64,000 nt of DNA from an uncultured Leptospirales bacterium (GCA_964439325.1 CAYTNW010000001.1:303621-367620), one strand, 5' to 3'. Counted from the stretch's first letter, positions 8,654-18,228 are shown. Numbers and translations are program-made. Notes: generated from the sequence alone by a model not told the origin.

Positions 8654-9910
8654 ATGAAACAAAGATCAGTACTCGGAATCGTTTTATTTTTAACATTGCT
8701 ATTTGTTGCCTGTGAAGATAAAATTCCAATCAAGGAGTTCACAAAGGCCAAAGAGGCTATTGACCTTGCAAAATCGGTCAAGGCTGACCAGTACAGTCCC
8801 GTTGAATTTAAAGAGGCCAACGACCAGCTGATTAAAGCTCATCAGGTTCTGATCAAGGATGAAAAGCTTGAGGATTCAGTAAAGAACTCCGAGCAGTCAT
8901 ATTTGAAGGCGATGGAGGCCTATAACAAGTCCGCTGTGCTCTATGCTGCCGATGGTCTCAAAAAGGCTGATGAAGCGATAGCGGCTGCCGATATCGTTTT
9001 CGCCGAGAAACTCTCTCCGGATAATTTCGCGAAAGCCCGTGAACTCTATGCCGCCGCTAACAGCAAGTTTGAGAGCAAGGAGTATGTTGCATCCCAGGCA
9101 CTTTCAGAAGAATCATACCAGAAGGCTGTAAAGGCAAAAGATGAGTCTGTTGACAATAAGTACCAGCTTCAGGTCAAGATTGATGAAGTCCATGCCGTTC
9201 TTTCAAAAATTGAACAGTTTGACTACGAATCATATGCACGTGAAAAATATAATATAGCTAAAAGCAAAACAGCCGATGCCGAGAAGGCATACAGCAACGA
9301 TGCCCTGAAAGACGGATTTGATGCAGTTGAAACTGCCAGAATAAATGCCGACGAGGCGTACAAGCTGACTATGAACGGTGTTACTGCGAAGAAACTTGCA
9401 GAAGCCGAAGCTGTAGTAGATGAAGCCGATAAATCAAACGGCGCAGCGGTTGCAGTTGAGGACCTTGCCGCTGCCAAGGAAGCGCTGAATAACGCCAGGC
9501 TCCAGAAGAATAACGGAAACTTTGACGAATCTATCACCTATTCCAACGAAGCTATAAGGCTTGGAAACAATGTCATCGAAGAGGGTAAAAAAGCAGCTAT
9601 CGCGGCTGCCCTTGTGAAACAGCAGAATGACGCCGACAAAGATAAAGACAAGGATAAAGACAAAGATAAAGATAAAGACAAAACCGCAGTTAAGACCAAG
9701 AAAGGCTTTGTTGAAGAGGATGAGAACTATTTCTACTATAAGGTAAAAACATGGGAGAAATATGAGGAGTGTCTCTCCCGTATAGCCGAGAAATATTATA
9801 AAAATGCAAAGGCATGGAAGAGAATACAGAGAGCCAATGACAATCTGATAAACAATCCGGACCTGATTCAGCCGGGCTGGGTATTGAAAATACCTAAAGT
9901 AAAGAAGTAA
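8654..9910 (+). CDS. Lipoprotein with helical repeat region, (DK)8 linker and C-terminal LysM domain
   Basis: Lipobox LFVAC. Repeated A/K/E-rich helical hairpins (DQYSPVEFKEAN, LSPDNFAKAREL). The C-terminus YYKVKTWEKYEECLSRIAEKYY...LIQPGWVLKIP has a LysM pattern. Confidence 0.75.
   Translation: MKQRSVLGIVLFLTLLFVACEDKIPIKEFTKAKEAIDLAKSVKADQYSPVEFKEANDQLIKAHQVLIKDEKLEDSVKNSEQSYLKAMEAYNKSAVLYAADGLKKADEAIAAADIVFAEKLSPDNFAKARELYAAANSKFESKEYVASQALSEESYQKAVKAKDESVDNKYQLQVKIDEVHAVLSKIEQFDYESYAREKYNIAKSKTADAEKAYSNDALKDGFDAVETARINADEAYKLTMNGVTAKKLAEAEAVVDEADKSNGAAVAVEDLAAAKEALNNARLQKNNGNFDESITYSNEAIRLGNNVIEEGKKAAIAAALVKQQNDADKDKDKDKDKDKDKDKTAVKTKKGFVEEDENYFYYKVKTWEKYEECLSRIAEKYYKNAKAWKRIQRANDNLINNPDLIQPGWVLKIPKVKK
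9635..9682 (+). repeat. Hexanucleotide (gayaar)8 tract encoding (Asp-Lys)8 inside the LysM lipoprotein
   Basis: Read directly: gacaaagataaagacaaggataaagacaaagataaagataaagacaaa. Confidence 0.95.
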
Positions 9911-9945
9911 TAAAGAATAAAAGATTAACGAATAACTGAAGGATT

Positions 9946-10932
9946 ATGAGCCAGAGATATAACAACACTGAATTCATGGATGCGGAAGACGACAGAAATC
10001 CAGATCCGTCACGTTCGCGCTCTGCTGACGATGTGCTTGATGATCTGCAGTTTGATTCAGACCTGAAAAATGATGATAATGTAAAAAATTCCGGCAAGGA
10101 CTTTACCGATTCATCAATTTCATGGTATCTGGACCAGATTAACAGAATTCCGCTGCTGACAAGGGTGCAGGAGGATACTCTGGCCAGGCTGTCGAGAGAC
10201 GGCAGCGAAAAAGCGAAAGACGAGCTGATACGTTCCAATCTCCGTTTTGTTGTATCGATCGCAAAAAAATATCAGACCAGCGGTATCTCTCTTCTCGACC
10301 TTATCAATGAAGGGAACCTCGGTCTGATAAAAGCCGCTGAAAAGTTCGACCCTGACAGGGGTTTTCATTTTATATCATACGCTGTGTGGTGGATCAGGCA
10401 GTCGATAATGCTTGCCATTTCGCAGAAGGCCTCTCTTATAAGGCTGCCTCTTAACAGGACCGCCGATCTTCAGAAGATCGAACGTGTCCATAAAAAACTG
10501 GAAAACAAGTTCGGCCGCGAGCCCTCGGCCAGTGAAATAGCCGAAGAGCTCGATATGGACAATGAGGAGATAAACCATCTTCGCAACATTACGCAGGATT
10601 TTGTTTCGCTCGATTCTACGCTTGGTGATTCGGAAGACACGACTATACTGGATATGATAGTAGACCCGAAGGCTGATTCTCCCGACGAACATGTTTTTGA
10701 AGAGTCGCTGATTAATTCACTTAACGAGGTACTTGCGACTCTCACTGAATCTGAAAAAGAGATCCTCTGCATGAGGTACGGGCTCAACGGTTACGCTCCG
10801 ATGTCGCTTCAGCAGATAGGTGATAAATTCAATCTGTCCAAAGAGCGTATCAGGCAGATAGAAAAAAAAGCCATCAGGTTACTCCGCCATCCTTCAAGAA
10901 GCAGCAAATTAAAAAGTTTTATGCAGGATTAA
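9946..10932 (+). CDS. Sigma-70 family RNA polymerase sigma factor, group-2/RpoS-like architecture (328 aa)
   Basis: Region 2: NLRFVVSIAKKY...LLDLINEGNLGLIKAAEKFDPDRGFHFISYAVWWIRQSI. Region 3 is present. Region 4.2: LSKERIRQIEKKAIRLLRH. The N-terminus is acidic. Confidence 0.9.
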   Translation: MSQRYNNTEFMDAEDDRNPDPSRSRSADDVLDDLQFDSDLKNDDNVKNSGKDFTDSSISWYLDQINRIPLLTRVQEDTLARLSRDGSEKAKDELIRSNLRFVVSIAKKYQTSGISLLDLINEGNLGLIKAAEKFDPDRGFHFISYAVWWIRQSIMLAISQKASLIRLPLNRTADLQKIERVHKKLENKFGREPSASEIAEELDMDNEEINHLRNITQDFVSLDSTLGDSEDTTILDMIVDPKADSPDEHVFEESLINSLNEVLATLTESEKEILCMRYGLNGYAPMSLQQIGDKFNLSKERIRQIEKKAIRLLRHPSRSSKLKSFMQD

Positions 10933-10936
10933 AAAA

Positions 10937-12013
10937 ATGAGATATCTTTTTGCCGGAATTATCGCAGGGGCGCTTGCGGGCATGTTTTTGTTTACCGGTA
11001 TCCAGGCTTCCGAGATCGTCCCCGAATTCTACAGCCCCCTTTCCAATATTGATATTGCGGCCAATACGGGCATCAGAAGCATCCCCGATTCATTCATTGT
11101 CCCGATGGAGGGTAAAACCTTTCTTGTCGATTCGGGCGGAAACGCAGTAAAAAAAGTCGAGTATAGCGATTCGATGGTGGAGTTCAGCGGAAACGGGAAC
11201 TATTATATCATGTACGGAAAGGTGAGCACAAAGATCGAACTTTACGGTATTAACGGAGAGAGATACTGGCAGAAGGACTCAAGGGAGAAACCGTTTCTGT
11301 CCTATAACGGCAGACTGATTTTTCTGCTTAATGGAGACCACAGCGGCATACGCATCTTTGACACAAACGGCAACTCCGTCGGTTCCGCGCAGATCGCCGG
11401 TAGGCTGTGCACGTCGGTTGAGTTTTCTGAAAAAAACGATTTCGGCGTCTGCGGATTTGTTGACGGGACATACCATTTCGTAAACCAGGACGGCATCGTT
11501 ATAAACAGCGGCCGTGTTCCAGCCGGTAATGCGGTGAAGGGGACAAGGGTCAGCAGCAACGGCAGGTTCGGTTTTATACATTACGGCAATACTGCAAAAG
11601 ACGGTGTCAGGATTGTCAATCTGGTTAAGAACAAATTTCACGATTCAGCGATCGGTAACCCGCATGTTGTAAAAACGGCTATGAATATATCCGACGACGG
11701 CGACGGTGCGGTTTTTGATATAGACAAGGTCCTTGTGTACGATGACGACTGCGATCTGAAATTCAAGCTGAATGTTCCGAAGAAAAAGCCGGGCTATTCG
11801 ACTCTGTCGCTGGAAAAGGGTATTTATATACTCGGTTACACAAAAGAGAGCGGCGGGTCGCAGATGGTGGTTTTCCGTGACAGCGGCGAGGTCTTCTACT
11901 CGAAGGATTTCCCGGGGGAAGCGTATCTTGCAGGCAGCATCAGGGAGAGCCTTATATTTCTAAGAGGATCGGATAATCTGTTTGCCTATAAAATCCGGAT
12001 TCTGTCGCACTGA
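10937..12013 (+). CDS. Hypothetical N-terminally anchored protein, beta-rich (possibly propeller-like)
   Basis: The start lies 4 nt after the sigma-factor stop. It has a single N-terminal TM/signal helix and Gly/Asn-rich beta-strand-like repeats. No recognisable catalytic motif. Confidence 0.55.
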   Translation: MRYLFAGIIAGALAGMFLFTGIQASEIVPEFYSPLSNIDIAANTGIRSIPDSFIVPMEGKTFLVDSGGNAVKKVEYSDSMVEFSGNGNYYIMYGKVSTKIELYGINGERYWQKDSREKPFLSYNGRLIFLLNGDHSGIRIFDTNGNSVGSAQIAGRLCTSVEFSEKNDFGVCGFVDGTYHFVNQDGIVINSGRVPAGNAVKGTRVSSNGRFGFIHYGNTAKDGVRIVNLVKNKFHDSAIGNPHVVKTAMNISDDGDGAVFDIDKVLVYDDDCDLKFKLNVPKKKPGYSTLSLEKGIYILGYTKESGGSQMVVFRDSGEVFYSKDFPGEAYLAGSIRESLIFLRGSDNLFAYKIRILSH

Positions 12014-12824
12014 TTATATTCGAAAGAGTTCGGGCCTCTCTCTGTTTCCCTCTCTTTTCCAGTCCGTTCATCAGTATCTTCCCCTTTCTGATTGCCGAGT
12101 CTATCGCGGCGTTTCTGTATTCGTCACTCAGTCTTTCGCCTGAGTCTGCAAGCAGCTTTAGAATCGAATACAGCCTGAACCTGTCCATCGCCGGGAATGA
12201 TGCGGAGAGCTGGTCGCTGTGTCCGGCGTACCTTGTTATAAGTTTTTCCCTGATAAGTCCGATCCCTTGGAATGGTGTTATCCTGAGCCACAGGTCATAG
12301 TCTTCGCAGGCCGGAAGCTTCCGGTCAAAGAGCCCGTACTGTTCAAAAACTGTCCTCGAGATACAGACCGACGACGGGCTTATAAGGCACAGCTCGAGCG
12401 AAGGGATGAAAATTTTCCCCTCCGGTTTCAGGTGCTTCTGTCCGGGGTTCACTCTTCTGCCGTTTCTGATCCAGATATCTTCAGTCTGGTGGATCAGTAT
12501 GCCGGGATTTTTTTCTATGAATTCACGGTGCATACGCAGTTTTCTTCTGTCCCATGTGTCGTCGGAATCGAGCAGGGTGATGTATGGCGCCGTTGATGAC
12601 AGGATACCGCTGTTTCGCGCCGCGCTTACGCCGGAGTTCTGCTGGTAAATGTATCTTATTCTGTCTTTATAAAGGCAGGCGAGTTCGGATGTGCCGTCGA
12701 CGGAGCCGTCATCAACGACGATAATCTCGAAGTCTCTGTCGTCCTGCGCAAGTACGGAATCGACAGCATTTTTCAGCTTCTCTTTTCTGTTGTATGACGG
12801 AATTATTACGCTGAAGTACGGCAT
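11952..12824 (-). CDS. Family 2 glycosyltransferase
   Basis: FSVIIPSYNR...AVDSVLAQ...FEIIVVDDGSVDGT and the DSDD motif (LLDSDDTW). Confidence 0.9.
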   Translation of the reverse strand: MPYFSVIIPSYNRKEKLKNAVDSVLAQDDRDFEIIVVDDGSVDGTSELACLYKDRIRYIYQQNSGVSAARNSGILSSTAPYITLLDSDDTWDRRKLRMHREFIEKNPGILIHQTEDIWIRNGRRVNPGQKHLKPEGKIFIPSLELCLISPSSVCISRTVFEQYGLFDRKLPACEDYDLWLRITPFQGIGLIREKLITRYAGHSDQLSASFPAMDRFRLYSILKLLADSGERLSDEYRNAAIDSAIRKGKILMNGLEKRGKQREARTLSNIISATESGFYRQTDYPILLEI

Positions 12825-13307
12825 CTATAGAAAGTACAGTTCCCTGTCGGTGATGATGGAAAAACCGGCTTCTTTCAGGATCTTTTCTGTCATAGGAATG
12901 TTATCCACCTGGAATACAAAAAGGGTGAGGTTTTTTTCATACATCGTAAAACCGTAGGCATCTTCTATGTTGATATTTTTTCCGGAAAGGGCAGATGCCG
13001 CTTTATGAAAACCGGACGGGGTGTCCTCTATCGTTACGGCAACGATATCTTTCAATGTCGAGGCTATCCCCTCTTTTTTCAGGTGTTCGTTCCCCTCTGC
13101 GGGTTTGTCAAGTAGCAGCTTTATGATGCCGTAATCGCCGGAGCTTGATATTGTAATAGCTCTTATCGTGATGTTGTTTCTGTCCAGTATCTCGGTAATA
13201 CGGGTTATTTTGCCCGGTTTGTTTTCCGCAAAGACAGACACCTGGTGCGGCATAGCCTCTCCCCCTTTTTGTATTGCTTCCGCTTTTTCAGATGCGGTTT
13301 CCTGCAT
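12825..13307 (-). CDS. Tandem ACT-domain protein (small-molecule-binding regulatory protein)
   Basis: HQVSVFAENKPGKITRITEIL..NNITIRAITI is followed by a second ACT-like repeat. Its stop abuts the GT2 start. An internal ATG (MPHQV) may be the true start. Confidence 0.7.
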   Translation of the reverse strand: MQETASEKAEAIQKGGEAMPHQVSVFAENKPGKITRITEILDRNNITIRAITISSSGDYGIIKLLLDKPAEGNEHLKKEGIASTLKDIVAVTIEDTPSGFHKAASALSGKNINIEDAYGFTMYEKNLTLFVFQVDNIPMTEKILKEAGFSIITDRELYFL

Positions 13308-13763
13308 TACTTGTAGATCATTATAAAATCAGGATGTCAATAATAACTTTATTCTCAGTGCATTTTTCGGATGTCATTAAAAAATAATACGGATCTTTAT
13401 TTCACAGATGAAAATATTTGAGAATGAAGAAACTGGAGTCTGAAATCATCCGGCATTTGGCCGCCTCCTTCAGTAAATGAGGCACTGCTATTTTTTAAGA
13501 TTAAAATGAAAACCTGTTAACACGATAGCCCACTTTATCAAAGGTCGGCTCATGCGCATCTCCCACAAGGGGACTTCCGAAGGTTGCTTGCGCCGCCGTC
13601 AGAGCAATCAGGATTATTGCCTGCAAACATTCGACAGAATGTCGAAATAAAGTTTGTCTGGTACTGACCTGTACATCGGGTGAAGCCCCGGCAGCGGAAG
13701 GGGGATTTAAAATGGATGGAACACGTCGCTCTTCTTCCGGTATCTTTATATATGAAAATTTAC

Positions 13764-13792
13764 TTTACAACAAAATGGCCGTTTTCGATAAT
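13764..13792 (+). promoter_or_regulatory. Sigma-70-type promoter TTTACA - 17 nt - GATAAT upstream of adk
   Basis: tttaca at 13764-13769, a 17-nt spacer, gataat at 13787-13792. GGAGGA at 13807-13812 precedes ATG 13817. Confidence 0.5.
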
Positions 13793-13816
13793 GTTTAAAA
13801 AATCCTGGAGGATAGG

Positions 13817-14506
13817 ATGAATATTTTAATTTTCGGCCCCAACGGGAGCGGTAAGGGGACTCAGGGGGCAATTGTTCAGAAGATGTTCAGTGTTACTCAT
13901 GTAGAGTCGGGAGGACTGTTCAGGGATAATATTAAAGGCGGAACCGAATTAGGAAAGAAAGCTAAAGAATTTATAGACAGAGGGGACCTCGTTCCTGACA
14001 GCATAACTATTCCGATGATACTCGACAGGCTGAAGAGGGATGACTGTAAAAGCGGCTGGCTGCTGGACGGCTTTCCGAGAAATCCCGAACAGGCTGCCGC
14101 ACTGAAAAAGTCGCTCGACGCTGAATCTATCAGAATTGATTACGTGATAGAGATATCTCTGGACAGAGAGAGTGCAAAAAAGAGGATCATGGGGAGAAGG
14201 CTCTGCGAGAATGACAACAACCATCCGAATAACATATTTATAGATGCGATAAAACCGAAGGAACAGAACGGCGGATTTGTATGCCGGGTCTGCGGAGGAG
14301 CTCTCTCTACACGGGCTGATGATCAGGACGAAAATGCCATTAACAAAAGACATGAGATATACTATGATGGTGTAAACGGTACGGAAGCCGCAGTGGAGTT
14401 TTTTAAAAAGGTTTCGGAAGAGACAGATGGAACGAAATTCATAAAACTTGACGGTACCCCCGGTGTATCCGAGGTCAGCGATATACTTAAAAAACAGCTG
14501 GTTTGA
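13817..14506 (+). CDS. adk: Adenylate kinase (long-lid form)
   Basis: P-loop GPNGSGKGTQ; GWLLDGFPRN; lid RRLCEND...CRVCGG...RADDQ. Confidence 0.95.
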   Translation: MNILIFGPNGSGKGTQGAIVQKMFSVTHVESGGLFRDNIKGGTELGKKAKEFIDRGDLVPDSITIPMILDRLKRDDCKSGWLLDGFPRNPEQAAALKKSLDAESIRIDYVIEISLDRESAKKRIMGRRLCENDNNHPNNIFIDAIKPKEQNGGFVCRVCGGALSTRADDQDENAINKRHEIYYDGVNGTEAAVEFFKKVSEETDGTKFIKLDGTPGVSEVSDILKKQLV

Positions 14507-14531
14507 ATTTAAACATAAATGTGTTTTATAA

Positions 14532-14570
14532 TAAAAGAGAAGCCCGCCTGAAGCGGGCTTCTCTTTTATT
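14532..14570 (+). terminator. Rho-independent terminator after adk
   Basis: Perfect stem aaaagagaagcccgc / gcgggcttctctttt with a 5-nt loop, followed by a T-rich tail. Confidence 0.9.
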
Positions 14571-14703
14571 ATGGTAAGGTTATAAAATGCGGGATATTAA
14601 TGCATGATCCATGCCGGCTAATTATGTATTTTAATTGACTTTGATAAAATAAAGATATACATTTGTATAATAGGCTGAATAATACAAAAAAGGTGTTGAT
14701 ATA

Positions 14704-15087
14704 ATGGAAAATAAATATAAGGTAGCTGTTGCTGCAAGTTTTATCCCTGCTCTGGTAAATATTGCGGGTTCCGTATATGTCTTTATGAATTTCTCGATGT
14801 TTCAGTTTTCAGGATATTTAACAGGCACTATTCTCGGCATTATACTTTCAGTAATGTGGCTGATGCAGGTAAGAAAGGCTTTCGGGTCTCATGCGATAAA
14901 ACTCCTTAAAGTAACCTTTAAAGCCTTTTTTCTGAAATTTCTTGTTTTCCTTATCTTCATCGCCGGCGTTTACTATCTGTATAATTTCAGCAGAACTTTT
15001 TTTGCCGCTTCATTCTTCATATCATTATCGTTAAGTGCAGTGATAGAAATATGGTTTTACGCCTCTCTGAATAAAGCTAACAGCTGA
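14704..15087 (+). CDS. Small integral membrane protein (127 aa, about 4 TM helices)
   Basis: AAGGTG RBS 7 nt upstream. Four hydrophobic segments. First gene of the 14704-19956 operon. Confidence 0.6.
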   Translation: MENKYKVAVAASFIPALVNIAGSVYVFMNFSMFQFSGYLTGTILGIILSVMWLMQVRKAFGSHAIKLLKVTFKAFFLKFLVFLIFIAGVYYLYNFSRTFFAASFFISLSLSAVIEIWFYASLNKANS

Positions 15088-15120
15088 TCGTTTTTAAAAT
15101 AACTACAACAGGTATTATCT

Positions 15121-16725
15121 ATGGATAAAGAAAGTCTTCAGAAGTTAAGCAAAGAGGAGTTGATTCAGATAATTGAAAAAAGCAGCACTAAATATGAATC
15201 AGAATTTGACGGTTCAAAATTCAAACTGCCTGCCTTCAGTTCCATAATTGAATCAGCATACGATATTATATTCGTTATTGATAAAGAACTCCGTATCCAG
15301 TACATGAATAAAGCATGGATCGAAGCGTTCCCGTCACGAGACGCGACACCGGGAAGAAACTACAGGGATTACCTGCATGAGGTTGAACTTGAAAGGGGGA
15401 GTTACGTCGTTGATTCCGTGCTTAATAAAGGACAGGTCTTCAGAAACGAGCTTCTTAAAATATTTGAGAACGGCCAGCCTTACTATTTTGTTACCAACTT
15501 CTCCCCGATAAAGGATGAAAAAGGGGAGATTGTGGCTCTGATAGGTATAATGAGAAATTATACAGAACAGTACCAGATACAGAAAAAGCTGAAAGAGAAC
15601 ACAATCATTCTTGAACAGAAGGTCCAGGAGCAGATCAAGCAGGCTGAGGAATTGAAAAGCCTTCGTGACCTTAATGAGGATATCATAAACCACGCGCCGA
15701 TAGGGATGTTCATGGTGGACCCGTCGGGGATTGTAATCAACGAGAATCCGATGCTGAGCCAGATAATGGCCAGGGAGCCGAACAGCCTTGTGGGAGTAAA
15801 TGTAATAAAGTATAAGGGATTTGTTGATTCCGGATTTACCGGTTTTTTCAACCAGGCTCTGCAGTCGAAGAAGACGATCAGGGCTAGCGAGAAAAAATAC
15901 ACTCCGATTTCCGGGATCAGGGACATTATTGTAAACATAACCTTTGACCCGATAATAAACCGTTCCGGTGCTGTGGAGCGGGTTCTGATAATGATAGAGG
16001 ACGTCACCGAATCGGTAGAGACCAGGAACAAGGTTGCCAGATCTGAAAAGATGAGCGCTCTGGGACTGCTCGCATCCGGTGTTGCTTCGGAGCTGAAGAG
16101 CGGTATCAATAAAATGGTTATGGACCTGAACTTCGTTGACACCAACCTCGATGAATACAGTCCGGCGATTGAGTATGTCGATGCGATGAAAAAGGAGCTG
16201 GAAAGGATAAAGAACATCTCGGAACAGCTGCTGAGCCTTGCGATCATTGATGAGAGAGACAAAGAAAAATGCGAAATAAACAAAGTGATTACGAACCATC
16301 CTGTGGATGTCTTTATAAACAAGATCAGAAATGACGGCCACGAGGTTGACGTGATACTCCCCGAAACAAGTCCCGAGGTGCTTGCAACAAATAACCAGAT
16401 ACAGCAGCTTCTTATCCAGTTTCTTGAGAACGCCGAGGATGCGTTGATGGACGGAGGTAAGATTACACTTAAGGTTGAAACGGTCAAAACAGAGGAGAAC
16501 AACCAGTATGCCGTTATCACGCTGACCGATACCGGGGTTGGTATACCGAAAGAGAATATCAATAAAATCTTTCAGCCGTTTTTTACAACCAAAGGTAAAA
16601 AGGGGACCGGCCTTGGCCTTATGATAGCGACAAATATAATAAACAATATCGGCGGATCGATAGGTGTTAAAACTAATCCGGGCGAAGGGACTTCTATAAA
16701 AGTAGTTCTGCCGCAGGTTAATTAA
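15121..16725 (+). CDS. PAS-domain sensor with histidine-kinase-like core (intact ATPase boxes, no phospho-acceptor His)
   Basis: Coiled-coil plus two PAS-like regions. The DHp helix reads LLASGVASELKSGI, with Ser (tcg 16087-16089) where the His is expected. N-box QFLENAEDAL; G1 DTGVGIP; F/G2 FFTTKGKKGTGLGL. Confidence 0.85.
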   Translation: MDKESLQKLSKEELIQIIEKSSTKYESEFDGSKFKLPAFSSIIESAYDIIFVIDKELRIQYMNKAWIEAFPSRDATPGRNYRDYLHEVELERGSYVVDSVLNKGQVFRNELLKIFENGQPYYFVTNFSPIKDEKGEIVALIGIMRNYTEQYQIQKKLKENTIILEQKVQEQIKQAEELKSLRDLNEDIINHAPIGMFMVDPSGIVINENPMLSQIMAREPNSLVGVNVIKYKGFVDSGFTGFFNQALQSKKTIRASEKKYTPISGIRDIIVNITFDPIINRSGAVERVLIMIEDVTESVETRNKVARSEKMSALGLLASGVASELKSGINKMVMDLNFVDTNLDEYSPAIEYVDAMKKELERIKNISEQLLSLAIIDERDKEKCEINKVITNHPVDVFINKIRNDGHEVDVILPETSPEVLATNNQIQQLLIQFLENAEDALMDGGKITLKVETVKTEENNQYAVITLTDTGVGIPKENINKIFQPFFTTKGKKGTGLGLMIATNIINNIGGSIGVKTNPGEGTSIKVVLPQVN

Positions 16726-16742
16726 ACAGGGAGCATAAGACA

Positions 16743-18218
16743 ATGATAAGTAATCGAGTTGATGTTATAAAGATTTTTCAGAGCGGTGGTTACGATATTA
16801 TAGCTCCTGAAAAGAGAGTGGAGCTGAAGCCTGAGTCTGGTGATAAAAATGATTTAGTAATGCTGAAAAACGACATGTTGAGCCAGTCTCTGGAGTATAA
16901 GGAGAATATAAGGAAAAACGTTCCGTCGGAGGTATCCCCGGTACTGAAAATGATCCCCGAGGGGGAGTATGATATTCCCACTATAGTCGAATACCTGAAC
17001 TGGCACATGAATAATGTCGGTGAGATCGTTATAGGGAGGGGGGATATTATCCGTCAGGCGATCTATGCTGTTTTAACCGGCGAGCATATGCTGCTTTTAA
17101 GCAGGACCGGTATGGCTAAATCCTATCTCGCTCAATCCATATTCAATATCTTTGAGGGGGCAAGGATCTTCTCGTCCCAGGCGAGCAAGGACCAGACGCC
17201 GGACAACTATTTCGGACCGTATAATATCGATGAGTTCAGAAAGGGGAGAATCAGGCATAATATAAAAGGTTCGATCATTGAAGCCAACCTTATCTTCCTT
17301 GATGAGTTTTTTGATGCCAGCGACGTGGTTCTCCGTTCGCTGCTTTCAGTATTGAATGAAAGGAAGTTCATCAACGGTTCCGAGCAGATCGACGCCGCTG
17401 TACACACCGCCGTCGCCACTGCCAACTATATGAGGATGAACGAGGTTACCGAGGCTGTACTCGACAGGTTTACATATAAAGCGATAATACCCGAAGACAA
17501 CAATATATATAATCAGCTTCTTATAGACCAGACCTACACGTTAAGCAGGGGTAAAGCCTCGGAGCCTGACAAAAAGATTTTTTTCAACCAGATACTTTTC
17601 CTGAATGACGTAATCACGAACAAGCACCGCGACATAAAGGTCACTGTTCCGGAATTCATTTATTTCATGAAGAACGTTTTTGTCACCAAGTTTGTAAGCG
17701 AGATGAGGAAGAACGACCAGAACTTCTTCATCAGCCCCAGGAAGCAGGCGAAGCTGGGCGATTTTCTCCGCGCATCCGCTGTTGTCAATAACCGCTTTAC
17801 TGTAAACATGGATGACCTCAGGGACATGCACTTCGCGCTATGTACGCTGAACAGTTATACTTCGATAAAAAATCTTGATAAGTCCGAGAAGGATCTGTAT
17901 CTCGATGTTTACCAGAAAACAATGAACCATTTTAAAGCGACAGGCGCGCTTGCACAGATAGAGTTTCTTCTGGGAGTAAGATCTGTTTTCGAGGAGATAA
18001 AAAATGATCCCGAAAAGAGAGACATGATTCTGAAGAAAAGCACCCTGCTTGACAACCTGAAGAATCTTTTCAGGCTTGTGTTTACAGGTAAACGTAACGA
18101 GGATGATGAAGTTACTCTCGATTCGCTGAAGAAAAGCGTCTTCGATGTAAGCTCTTCGGTTGAAGAGGTAAATGAGCTGAAGAACGGTATTCTGAAGGAA
18201 TACAGAGAACTTACATAG
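16743..18218 (+). CDS. MoxR/RavA-class AAA+ ATPase
   Basis: GEHMLLLSRTGMAKS (Walker A-like, compare GPPGIAKS of RavA). Walker B LIFLDEFFDAS. LNERKF..G; ATAN; LDRF. Lid ISPRKQAKLGDFLRASA. GGGAG RBS upstream. Confidence 0.8.
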   Translation: MISNRVDVIKIFQSGGYDIIAPEKRVELKPESGDKNDLVMLKNDMLSQSLEYKENIRKNVPSEVSPVLKMIPEGEYDIPTIVEYLNWHMNNVGEIVIGRGDIIRQAIYAVLTGEHMLLLSRTGMAKSYLAQSIFNIFEGARIFSSQASKDQTPDNYFGPYNIDEFRKGRIRHNIKGSIIEANLIFLDEFFDASDVVLRSLLSVLNERKFINGSEQIDAAVHTAVATANYMRMNEVTEAVLDRFTYKAIIPEDNNIYNQLLIDQTYTLSRGKASEPDKKIFFNQILFLNDVITNKHRDIKVTVPEFIYFMKNVFVTKFVSEMRKNDQNFFISPRKQAKLGDFLRASAVVNNRFTVNMDDLRDMHFALCTLNSYTSIKNLDKSEKDLYLDVYQKTMNHFKATGALAQIEFLLGVRSVFEEIKNDPEKRDMILKKSTLLDNLKNLFRLVFTGKRNEDDEVTLDSLKKSVFDVSSSVEEVNELKNGILKEYRELT

Positions 18219-18228
18219 GATATTTGGA

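Noticed and set aside
11952-12013. 62-nt 3'-3' overlap of convergent genes (also 20 nt at 56868-56887)
   Set aside because: Both partners look like real genes and overlapping convergent ends are not rare. There is no extra signal beyond possible antisense interference, so this is not reported as a finding.
15334-16743. Very long antisense ORFs (469 aa at 15334-16743 and 334 aa at 15558-16562) opposite the PAS/kinase-like gene
   Set aside because: The translations are Tyr/Arg/Leu/Phe-rich with no motifs, RBS or domain pattern. The plus-strand gene has unambiguous PAS and HATPase motifs. These are typical shadow ORFs generated by codon bias.
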